Made by a program: the position numbers and the translations under genes. From Macrostomum lignano (Eukaryota), in contig NIVC01000211.1 of NCBI GenBank assembly GCA_002269645.1, positions 124,001 through 188,000 of the forward strand: a stretch of DNA of 64,000 nucleotides, read 5' to 3'. Of the stretch, positions 12,208 through 23,813 are shown in pieces. Numbering within the stretch: the stretch's first letter is position 1; every line of letters begins with the position of its first letter. The notes under the pieces are model-generated. The model did no database searches and was not told the DNA's origin. It saw nothing but the letters and a program-made list of their open reading frames with translations.

Positions 12208-13300
12208 TATGAGGGGTGCTTATTAAGTTCCCGAAAAGTTCAGTTCTAATTATTGCATCTGTACGGAATTTTACCTGCAGCAACTGCAGTCTATTATAAC
12301 TTCTCAACATAATTTCCACGCAAATTGGAGCACTTTTGCAGGCACTGGAACCATGCATTGAAGCACCCCCTGAGATCAGCTTTGGTGAAGCTGTCCAGCT
12401 CAGCTTGTAGCGCAAAAACCAGCTCCTCCCTCGAGTCAAAGTGCTTCCCCTCCAGATTTTTCTTTATTCTGGGAAATAGGAAAAAAGTCAGCAGGCACCA
12501 GGTCCAGCAAATATGCCGGATGTGGCTGCTCAACAAGCTGGGTTGCCTGAAGGAATTCCTAGGTCACTTGTGCCCAGTGTGCAGGAGCATTGTCCTGATG
12601 GAGGAAGATGCCTTTGTCAAGCGTCTTTGGCCGCTGTTGTGCAAGCGCCTGCAGGATGCTATTGCGTCAGAAGAAAGTAGCCGCCATCACTCTCCCGAGG
12701 CTGCACTCGCGATGAAATTTGAGAGGAGCATCTTCCTCATTGGTAACGCACTGCCGACTCTACTCTTTGCTCTCTAGGTCATAAAAGTAGACCCAGGTTT
12801 CGTCGCCAATGAGGATGTTATCCACCAACTGTGAGTGGCCTCCATCAAACCTGGCTACCATGAGGTTGGCAAACTCAACTCAGGCTCGCATCTGGTCAGC
12901 GCTAAGCTGGCGGGGTACCTAGCAAGCAGACAGCTTCCTCATGCCAAGGTGCTAGTGCAGGATCTTAATGATAGTGGAATCTGACACCCCAACAAGCTGC
13001 TCCAACCAGTGAATCATCACTCGCTGATCTTCGTCTACATGGCATGAAACAGCAGCAACAACTCCGTCAGACACAGCCAAACTCGGCTGCCCCTCGCAAG
13101 GATCGTTGTCCAGAGTGGCCGAGCCACAGCGGAAGTACGCAAACTACTCATACACCAACTGGGATGATGCTTGATCCTGAAGAGCTTCATGCAGCATCTA
13201 GAGGCAGGTGGCTGCAGAGCTGCCCAGCCAAAACTGTACCAAGATTGCCACTCGCCTGTTGCAGTCAGTCAGCTATGGCAAGGGGGCACTTTTTCAGCCA
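12208..13300 (-). pseudogene. Mariner (Tc1/mariner) transposase pseudogene with one recognisable TIR
   Basis: Minus strand: VYE*F, KLSAC*VPR (WVPR), ILIGDETWVYFYD, LHQDNAPAH, FFLFPRIK, W....KC....GNYVEK. TA-TGAGGGGTGCTTATTAAGT at 12208 resembles a mariner TIR; the other TIR was not found. Confidence 0.88.
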
Positions 13301-15467
13301 AACTTTGGCCACTGCAGCGGATCATTGCGACCAATTAAGCTAAAATTTTACAAGCAAACATAGAACTGCTTCATTTTAAAGAAAACTTTATATGCATGCT
13401 AGTAATAAAACACAGCAGAAAAATACCTAAACTATTCACAGATATTCAATTACAAAAATCCTTATCATGGTTTCTATGGCAGGGAAGAGCTGACAGCTAC
13501 TTGACATCATGAGATACTTATAATTGAGTGACTGCTTGCTATTGAAGAAAGCCCAATTTCAGGGGGTGCTTGCTATTAGAAAGAAAGGCAGGGAATGCTT
13601 GCTATCAGGAGATGATTCCTATTATTGCATCTTTATTGTATGTTTGAATTAAAGTTAAGAATTCAGATAGGGTCTAATTTAGTGATAGTTCCAATTTTGT
13701 TTAGCTGACCTGCATTTTGGGCTTATAAATATGCACAGATACTGGTTTATAAAATATATATACCATTTTATACCAGTATAAAATAACACAAAGGCAATGA
13801 GATGTTGATTAATATCTTGGCTAATATTCTTATATCAATCACTTCATGACATATTTCACTTCATCACATAATAAGTTTTAAAAGTTCTGTATCTTTACTG
13901 TCATAAAATAATGCAAAAGTGAAGCAGAAATGGAATATAAAAAAGAACACAAGTACAATGGACCATGGACGAGCAATACAAAAGATGGGGGGAAATACTC
14001 AGACCTTATTCTAAGAACTAAGTTCCAAAGTTACTGGTAATTATAGTTTAGTACAACTTTAGTGATAGCAATTGAGATTTAAAGAGAAAAGTTTGGCCCA
14101 TGAATAGATTAGGACAGAAGGAAGAGGAAAGAAGGGAGGAAAAAAGAGAAAAGAAAGAAGAGAAGAAAAGAAGAGGAAAAAGAGTGAAAAAAGAGGAAAA
14201 GGAGAAAATGGAAGGAAAAAGAAAAGAAAGGAAAAAAGGAAAATAAAGAGAAAAGAGCTGAAAAGAGACACAAACCTTGAGCAAGCCATATTGTTATTGT
14301 AAAGTTTCAATTGACCCAAGGGCTAGATAAAGTGAGGCTTTATAGCCATTACAAGCTATGGGGGGTGCTCCAAAAGTCCTTTCCCTTTTGAACATAGCTC
14401 TTGCAATACTGTTCCAATTTGAATGCGGTTTTTAACTATAAAAAGATGCACTTTAGCTCAAAAGTTTTGTAATTTGATCATTTTTTCTATCTATTATGGA
14501 CTTATGGTACTTTTAGGTCTAGTTCTTACCAAAATCAAAGGGCATTGCACAATAATATTTGCACTGATTATTACATTAGACATAATTCAAACTTGAGTAT
14601 TTTTTAATTTTGAGGTTAGCATTGATGTGTAGATAGTTCTGTATTAGCAAGGCACTCTTTCAATCATTATATAGCTTTGCTCTGCTAGCATAAAGCCACT
14701 AAGGCATATAGAATACTAGGTAAATGCCATCTTCCAAGTTGCTGTCTGGTGCTTGCATGAAAGGATTGCATTAAGAGGTTTACAATATTAGTTTGTCTCA
14801 GCTTATGGTTTAAAATTGTCACAAAGTAATAATAATATGTCACAATTGCATAGCATAGCAGTGCTCTGTGCACAGAGTTGAAGAGCTAAAAAGCCTTTAG
14901 TAGTACTATCTGAATTCATAGCATTGCTTTCTTTGACCATTTTTGCCTTGCACTTGTGCTAAGGTCTCTATAAAATAGCACCATTTCATCCAGTATCATT
15001 ATTGTTCTCTTGTCATTGTTCATTGTTCATATGCTCTGGTTAATTTAAGTCTAGTTCATACAAGTGCAACACCTAGTCAATTCAATTAAGTGGCCAAGGC
15101 AGGTACACTGCAAAGCTAATCAATCAAACACCAAGAAAAAAGCATGACATATTCAATAATTTTATTATATAACTTGCTTAGGTTCATGCCTAGGTTCTGG
15201 TTTTTAATTCTTCAGTCAAATAAACTGGATCAGTTGTGAGAAGTATGGTCTGATTGTCTTTGTGTTAGATTGTAATGAAAGTCCATGTAACCAGACTGCA
15301 AAATGTCATAATAAGAGAACTAAGATGGAGAGGCTACCACGTCAACTGAAAACATGCAACAAATATACAAAAAGTTGATCACTTAAAAACACAAGGAGAC
15401 TCAAAGAGACAATAAGATGGGTTAGAAGAGTAACAATAATGGGTTACCACGCAAAAAATGATTTCAG

Positions 15468-18348
15468 TCTGCAGCTAATAATCTGTTCAGCCGCTCGCCT
15501 GAAGTTTGCGTACGCGACGCACTTCGAGGCTTAGTTATTGCCGATCCGAGTTTGGCATTGATTGCCAGAACTGGCAGCTCTAGTAGTGAAGGCGTCGGCG
15601 GGGTGGTTATTCGTAGAGAGCCTCGCGGCTTGCCTACAGGCAATCGGGTTCGCGTGATAAGCGGCGGCGGCGCCGGGCATGAGCCTGCCTACGTCGGATT
15701 TGTCGGAGAAGGACTTCTCGACGCTGCTGTGTCGGGTCACGTGTTTGCGTCGCCAGCTCCTAACGACATCTTGGAAGCAATTCGCCAACTGGCTTGTCCT
15801 TCTGGTCTGCTAGTATTGATTATGAACTACACAGGCGATAGATTGAACTTTGGTCTAGCCGCTGCCAGGGCTCGAACTAGCGACCTTCGCTGTCGAATGT
15901 TTGTCTGTGACGATGATGCGTCGATTAAGGATCCGGCACCAGCTGTTGGCCGACGTGGCATTGCTGGCAGCCTGCTGATGATGAAGCTGGCTTGCGGTCT
16001 GGCAGATTCTGGGCTGGATTTAGACTGCATAGTGAATCGGTTGGAAAGTTTAAGGACCCGACTGGCTACTGTGGGTGCCTGCAGGCTGCCGACAGGCGAC
16101 TGGGAGCTCGGGCTGGGGATTCACGGTGAAGCTGGTGTCGGTCTGTTGAAAAGTCATCAAAGCTCCATGGAAGCCGTGGTTGGAGCCGTTGTTAAGAAAC
16201 TACTGGCAGATGAACGCATTGAGAAATCTATGAATAAAGTTAAAAGACAAGAAAGCTCTTCGTCTGCCGCTAGTGCCATGCTAATCAATGGATTAGGCGG
16301 ATTATCGAATTTGGAATTATCTGGAATAGCGTCTGTAGCTTTTGAGACAGTGGCCGCCGTTTCTAACCTACCTGTGCGTCGTTTGTACATCGGCAATTTG
16401 ATGACGTCATTGTCTGCTCCGGGATTTTCCGTTAGTCTACTGTTGCTGCTAGGCCAAGATGATGAAGGCTGGATTCTGGAAACATTGGACTTGCCGGCGC
16501 GAAGGTAGGGGGTTGGAATCTAGTTTTGTTAGGTCAATATCACTATCTGTGGCATGAAAATCCTCCCTGTGAAAACGGTACCGTGAAAAGAGTCGCTACA
16601 GCATACATGCGCAACCTTTGGAATCACTCGGCCGTTTCTATTGGCAACACACATTTAAGTCGCTATTGGCTGAGAGCAGTCACGTGACTACTATTCCGTC
16701 CAATAGCGACTTACATGTGTGTGTTGCCAATAGAAACGGCCGGGTGAATCCCTAGGTTGCGCCCAAGCATGCGCTAGAGTCATTCTAAAGAACTCACTAA
16801 TGAGTGTAGCGTCTCTTGTGACTTTTTTAATGACTTGAACGACTGTATTGCGTAAAATAGTCGCGAAAAATTCGTCTAAGAGACGTTGCGTTAAGCGCTT
16901 AACTTTCTACTCATTCAAGTAGACTAAATAGAGTTGTTACTTTAAATGCGAAATGCGATTCTAATTCATAAAGTAACGCAGATGCGTTCTAATTACGACT
17001 CTTCGCCCCAGAGTCGCAGACAATAAAACGCCTCAAATGGACTCTTCGGCGGCTCTTTGAAGCCTTTTTGTCGACTTGTACTACTGGGACATCTTGTCGT
17101 TTAAGTGTTACCTGCAACGAATCTGAAACGACTCTGGGGCGACGAAAGTCACTCTGGGCCTTGGTACCGTTTTCATCGGGCGTTTTTTGTTGCTATGGAG
17201 ATCCTAATTAGCTGACTGGATTCGAAATCCCAATCTAGTTGCTATAGAAATCCTGATCAGCTGACTGGATTGAAAATTCCAATCTAGTTGCTATGGAAAT
17301 CCTGATCAGCTGACTAGATTGAAAATCCCAATCTAGTTGCTATGGAAATCCTGATCAGCTGACTGGATTGAAAAAATCCCAATCTAGTTGCTATGGGAAT
17401 CCTGATCAGCTGACTGGATTGAAAATCCCAATCTATCTATATCCATAATATCTATATAGATATAGATAAATCTATAAGAGTTCACAGTTTACTCAATGCA
17501 AACCCATTCGAATTTCACTCAGGTGGCCAGCCGCTTCCTCGCCAAGCGTTCTGCGGCCCGATCAACTCGAACTAGCCGCCCTTCCATCTGACCCGACCTC
17601 CGCATCGTCTGACAGCAGCATTCCCTGGCAATCAGCCGAGTCTCTGAGCTCAGCTCGAGCATCACTGAGCGCCGTGGCCGCAGCTCTCATCGATGCCAGA
17701 TCGATTCTGAATCAGCTGGATTCTGTTGGCGGACTTGGAGACGGAGACTGCGGCGATACCATGTACAGGGGAGCGCTTGCTATGCAGAAGTTTGTTGAGC
17801 AGCCTAGCAACGCCATAGTAACGGTTAGTAGCGGGCCTAGGCGGTTGCTAGCTGAGTTATCCAGCCTGGCCCAGAGCGACATGGGCGGCAGTTCCGGAGC
17901 TCTGTTCGGCATCGGCCTGGCAGCTGCAGCCGCTTCGGTCTGTCAGTCACCATTCGATGCACGCAGCGCCATTGCCGCCCTGTCCGCTGCGGCTGGCGCC
18001 ATCTCGGAGGCTGGTCGAGCTCGGCAAGGCGATCGGACAATGCTGGACACTGTGTACGCTTTCTTAGAAGCATTCGATGCCGGCCTATCAGCTGATGAGG
18101 TTTGGCAGAGGCTGCCAAGAGCGGTCAGGCTGGCTCGTGATGGGGCTGTTGCCACGGCTCAGATGAAGCCTCGAGCTGGTCGAGCTGCCTACGTTGGCGC
18201 TGAGCTGTCCTTAACCTCTGAATCCGAAGCTCGACCAGACCCTGGCGCATGGGCCGCTCTGATTATTTTGCGAACTGTTTGCCGAGCTGTTGGAGTCGCT
18301 GTTGAGGACACGGAAGCTGAAGATGCCGCGGTGCTTGGTTCCGGTTAA
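15468..18348 (+). CDS. TKFC: Dihydroxyacetone kinase / triokinase-FMN cyclase (Dak1+Dak2 fusion), 2 exons; start codon not encoded in frame
   Basis: Exon 15468-16504 (ISGGGAGHEPAYVGFVG, VFASP, NYTGDRLNFG, GRRGIAG, ELGLGIHGEAG) and exon 17523-18348 (LNQLDSVGGLGDGDCG, MGGSSGALFG, GDRTMLD, AGRAAYV, DPGA). GT-AG phase-2 join reads ARRWP; 1863 nt in total. Confidence 0.93.
16565..17180. mobile_element. Non-autonomous TIR element in the DAK intron, with an internal long hairpin
   Basis: Ends CCCTGTGAAAACGGTACC and (reverse complement) CCCGATGAAAACGGTACC; internal inverted arms 16609-16669 / 16700-16762; subterminal CGACTC(T)/GAGTCG repeats. Confidence 0.5.
17195..17435. repeat. Minisatellite, about 49-bp unit, about 5 copies
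   Basis: ATCTAGTTGCTATGGAAATCCTGATCAGCTGACTGGATTGAAAATCCCA repeated. Confidence 0.9.
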
Positions 18349-18554
18349 ACTTCCTTATCTAAAGTTTGTTAGAACTCTGATTAAATGTCATTGATTTTTA
18401 TTACCTTTACTTATCATTCAATAAATCACCACACTAATCGATATTTTAGCTTTTGCGGTGGCAGTTTAACACTCTTATAAGATTCTTCTCCTTTATTCAT
18501 TGAGAAATCGAGCATGGGTTTCTTCTCTTCAAGTGCCCTGGAGTCCTCCAGTGT

Positions 18555-19055
18555 ACACTGACAGCCCGTCCCTCTATCCCCCTATGTACACTGACAGCCC
18601 TGCCCCTCTATCCTCCAATGTACACTGACAGCCCTGCCCCTCTATCCCCCAATGTACACTGACAGCGCTGCCCCTCTATCCCCCAATGTACACTGACAGC
18701 CCTGCCCCTCTATCCCCCAATGTACACTGATAGCCCTGCCCCTCTTTCCTTTAATGTACACTGATAGCCCTGTCCCTCTATCCCTCAATGTACATTGACA
18801 GCCCTGCCCCTCTATCTCTCAATGCACACTGATAGCCCTGTCCCTCTACCCCCTAGTGTACACTGACAGCCCTGCCCCTCTATCCCCCAATGTACACTGA
18901 CAGCCCTGTCCCTCTATCCCTCAATGTACACTGATAGCCCTGTCCCTCTATCCCTCAATGTACATTGACAGCCCTGCCCCTCTATCTCTCAATGCACACT
19001 GATAGCCCTGTCCCTCTACCCCCTAGTGTACACTGAAAGCCCCGCCACTCTATAC
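18555..19055. repeat. Minisatellite, 34-bp unit, between DAK and kanadaptin
   Basis: TGTACACTGACAGCCCTGCCCCTCTATCCCCCAA, about 14 copies. Confidence 0.92.
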
Positions 19056-19133
19056 TAGTGTAATGCTTATTAATTTCTTTCAAAACATTTCAGCTTTCAC
19101 CTGCCATCAATTTATTAATAAAAATCGAAAAAA

Positions 19134-22100
19134 ATGTCATCAATTGATTCGGCTGACACAGAATCCAAGCAATCTGCAGCCGCATCAGCAGAGCCGGCAG
19201 ATGCAAAAGATTCAGAAACCGCTTCAGTTGAAGAACCGAGAAAACCTGTGGTGTTTAAAATGCCGCAGATTTCTGCAGCTCCGGTGTTGAATAAGAAATT
19301 ATTGAAACAGCCGCAGCAGAAGCAGCTGCCAGCAGTAGAAGCAGTCGAGACAGAAACTCAATCAGATAATTCTTCTGATGTCAATCAAACTGAACTCGAA
19401 CCGAAGCAAAATAAAGTCACGCAGCAGCAACAGGAGGGCTCGTCATATATTCAACCGCATTGGGGTGGCCGCTGTCAAGGACCCTACTCTCTGCAGGTGC
19501 TCAAATCTGGTGTAGAAGTTCAGAATTTGGATTTGCAAGGCCGGTCCTGTCTGACTATTGGTCGCCAGAGCGACTGCGACCTGCGCCTGGAGCACCCGTC
19601 ATTGTCCAGGTGGGTTGTCTGGTGGCTGGTGTATGAGAATCATCATTTAATAATCTGCTATGATAATCCATGATAATCCTTGATATGATAATGATAATCT
19701 CCATGATTATCATAATCTATGATAATCCTTTGATAATCCAATATGAGAATCATCATTTGACAATCCACTTTGAGAATCGCCCTTTGATAATCCACTTTGA
19801 GAATTGATAATCTACTATGAGAATTGATAATCCACTATTTAGAATCGATAATCCACTATTGAGAATTGATAATCCACTATTGAGAATTGATAATCCACTA
19901 TTTAGAATTGATAATCCACTATGAGAATTGATAATCCACTATTGAGAATTGATAGTCCACTATTGAGAAATGATAATCCACTATTGAGAATTGATAATCC
20001 ACTATGAGAATTGATAATCCACTATTGAGAATTGATAATCCACTATTGAGAATTGATAATCCACTATTGAGAATTGATAATCCACTATTGAGAATCGATA
20101 ATCCACTATTGAGAATCGATAATCTACTATGAGAAATGATAATCCACTATGAGAAATGATAATCTACTATGATAATTGATAATCCACTATGAGAAATGAT
20201 AATCCACTATGAGAATTGATAATTCACTATTGAGAATCGATAATCCACTATGAAAATTGATAATCCACCATTGAGAATTGATAATCCACTATTGAGAATT
20301 GATAATCCACTATGAGAAATGATAATCCACTATGAGAACTGATAATCCACTATCAGAAATGATAATCTACTATGAGAAATGATAATCCACTATTGAGAAT
20401 TGATAATCCACTATTGAGAATTGATAATCCACTATGAGAATTGATAATCCACTATGAGAATTGATAATCCACTATGAGAATTGATAATCCACTATGAGAA
20501 TTGATAATCCACTATGAGAAATGATAATCCACTATGAGAAATGATAATCTACTATGAGAAACGATAATCCACTATTGAGAATTGATAATCCACTATGAGA
20601 ATCGCCCTTCACAATGCCAAATGCAGGCACCACGCAGTGATGCAGTACAGCGGTGCGGCAGACTCAGCATCTGAGTCTGAGCAGGCGGACTCCACTCGCT
20701 ATCCATCAGGCTGGTACCTGATAGACCTGGGCAGCACACACGGCACTCTGGTTAACAAAGTTAAGCTGCCTCCGCAACAGTACAGACGATTAAGAGTTGG
20801 TCACGTGATCAGGCTGGCCGGCAGCACCCGGCTGCTGGTTCTGCAAGGTCCGGAGAGCGATCAGGAGGCTGAGTCTGAGCTCACCTATACCCAGCTGAAG
20901 GAGAGGAGGGATAGGTAATGCTTTGCCAGCATTTCATTTCTAAACTAGACGATTTTTTGTGTACGATATGCTTTTCCGTTTGTTGTTAATCTAATGGATA
21001 TTTTCGGGGTTTTTTGTTTATCTAATGAAATATTTTCCGAATTTTTTTGTTTATCTGATGGACTAATTTCCGGGTTTTTGTTTATCTGATGAAATATTTT
21101 CCGGGTTTTTTTGTTCATCTGATTGAATATAATGCGGGGTTTTTGTTTATCTACTAGAATATTTTCATGGGTTTTGGATGAAAAAATGTTCGGTTTTTAT
21201 GTTTGTTAATGTAAAGAAAGATTTCCGGGTTTATATCTAATGACTAGTTTCCGAGTTAATTGCAAGCGTAATCAAAAAAGCCTTACAACCAGCCAGTCGA
21301 TTTTATTCAACTCTAAATTCATGAATCAAATTTACGTTTGAGCCTACTGTGTAAGTAGTATAGATATGTCTTGTTTCAAATTCTAATATTATTTTTTTGT
21401 TTTCTTTCCACTTTTAGGCGGCGCATTGAACAGCAGATCAAGCAGAATGCCGAGCTGCAGTCACCCTCCGAAAGGGATGGCAACAGCGGCGGCGGTGGCG
21501 GCTGTACCTGGGGCTTCGCTGAGGATGCAGTTGATGAGGCTGAGGAGTCTGCTGAGCAGCAGCTGTCTGGCAAGGATGGGTAAGTTACTGTAGGCCTCTG
21601 TGATACTGCTCAGTGCCCTGCCAGATCCTCAGTTGCTGGACCAGCCTCCCAGATCCTCAGTTGCTGGGCCAGCCTCTTAGATTATCAGTTGCTGGGCCAG
21701 CCTCCTAGATTATCAGTTGCTGGGCTAGCCTCCCAGATCCTCAGTTGCTGGGCCAGCCTCCCAGATCCTCAGTTGCTGGGCCAGCCTCCCAGATCCTCAG
21801 TTGCTGGGCCAGCCTCCCAGATCCTCAGTTGCTGGGCCAGCCTCCCAGATCCTCAGTTGCTGGGCCAGCCTCCCAGATTCTCAGTTGCTGGGCCAGCCTC
21901 CCAGATTCTCAGTTGCTGGGCCAGCCTCCCAGATCCTCAGTTGCTGGGCCAGCCTCCCAGATCCTCAGTTGCTGGGCCAGCCTCCCAGATCCTCAGTTGC
22001 TGGGCCAGCCTCCCAGATCCTCAGTTGCTGGACCAGCCTCCCAGATCCTCAGTTGCTGGGCCAGCCTCCTAGATTATCAGTTGCTGGGCCAGCCTCCCAG

Positions 22101-23771
22101 ATCCTCAGTTGCTGGGCCAGCCTCCCAGATCCCCAGTTGCGCCTCGAGTGCATATACCTTGTGATGAAGCTGGCCAAAACAGGTCAATAAATATTTTTCT
22201 TCTTTGAGAAAATTATCATCTCAGGTGTGACTGTTTATTCAACTCCATCGTGCAAGCGGCACATTTTATTATTCTCTTTACGTGCCGAAAGCAGCAAAAC
22301 AGACGCCTTTGACTGGAGAAAAGATTTATCCATACAAAAACATATTGAAATCCGCAGCTGCTCCCGTCCTCTTTTGATGCTGAATAGATGCAGGTTGTTT
22401 GCAGAATTTCATAAAGATGACCGGGTGTTGACAGTGCAGTTTGATGAAAATATTGGGAAAGAGTGTGATGTTAAGCAGAGGCGGAACTGTTTAAATAGCG
22501 AAAATTTTCTTTCCTCCAGATGCTCCCATCTTATCGATTTGGAAATCTTTTATTCCCTAATCACTCCCAGATCCCCAGTTTCTGGCATAGATTCACTCCC
22601 AGATCCCCAGTTTCTGGCATAGAGTCACTCCCAGATCCCCAGTTTCTGGCATAGAGTCACTCCCGGATCCCCAATTTGGGAGAGAGTCACTCCCGGATCC
22701 CCAATTTGGGATAGAGTCAGTCCCGGATCCCCAATTTGGGATAGAGTCAATCCCGGATCCCCAATTTGGGAGAGAGTCACTCCCGGATCCCCAATTCGGG
22801 AGAGAGTCACTCCCGGATCCCCAATTTGGGATAGAGTCAGTCCCGGATCCCCAATTTGGGATAGAGTCAGTCCCTGATCCCCAATTTGGGATAGAGTCAC
22901 TCCCTGATCCCCAATTTGGGTTAGAGTCACTCCCTGATCCCAATTTGGGATAGAGTCACTCCCGGATCCCCAATTTGGGATAGAGTCACTCCCGGATCCC
23001 CAATTTAGGATAGAGTCACTCCCTGATCCCCAATTTGTGGAATAAAGTCGCTTCCAGATCCCCAATTTGGGATAGAGTCACTCAAGGATCCTCAAGTTGG
23101 GATAGAGTCACTCAAGGATCCCCAAGTTGGGATAGAGTCACTCCCGGATCCCCAATTTGGGAGTGAGTCACTCCCTGATGGCCTGATCCCCAATTTGGGA
23201 AAGAATCGCTCCCAGATCCCCTGTTTGGGATAAAGTCACTCCCAAATCCCAAATTTGTGGGATAAAGTCACTCCCAGATCCCCAGTTGGTGAGATAAATA
23301 TCCCTAATTTCCAGGGATATCCCAAATCCATTTCAAATCCCATATCCCACAGCTTAACCCTCAACCTCACCTCTCGGTTCCCCAGCTTCAACTCATTTGT
23401 ACTTTTGTACATTTGTACTCTATCTTTGTACTCGGACACGCGCAGCTTTCGGCCGTCCAATATGCAGGTGCGCTTCGGCCTGGGTCGGTAGCGATAATCC
23501 GGATGCTGCTCCATGTGCACCCGCGACAACCGCGACTGCTCCTCGTAGAATGGCTGCTTCTCCTCGGCTGTCATGGCCTTCCACTTGGCCCCGAGAATCT
23601 TCGAGATGCTGGAGTTGTGCATGTCCGGGCAGGCCTTGAGAATCTTGCGCCGCTCCTCCCGGGCCCACACCATGAAGGCGTTCATCGGGCGCTTGACGTG
23701 ATGGCTGCCGCGGCTCGACTGGGACTGCTGGTTGCCGGGCTTGCTTGATGCCAGCTTGCGGGGAGTCTGTG

Positions 23772-23813
<42 letters not shown>

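Noticed and set aside
14100-14275. Hydrophobic F/L/S-rich minus-strand ORFs
   Set aside because: Low-complexity purine tract.
14358-14500. Mariner-like TIR (TATGGGGGGTGCTCCAAAAGT) as the partner end of the 12.2-13.3 kb mariner
   Set aside because: Same orientation as the 12208 TIR, so it cannot be its inverted partner; at most a separate remnant.
22227-22622. 131-aa ORF in the unique part of the duplicated unit (also 24186-24581)
   Set aside because: GTG start, no recognisable motif, no convincing donor; lies within kanadaptin intron 3.
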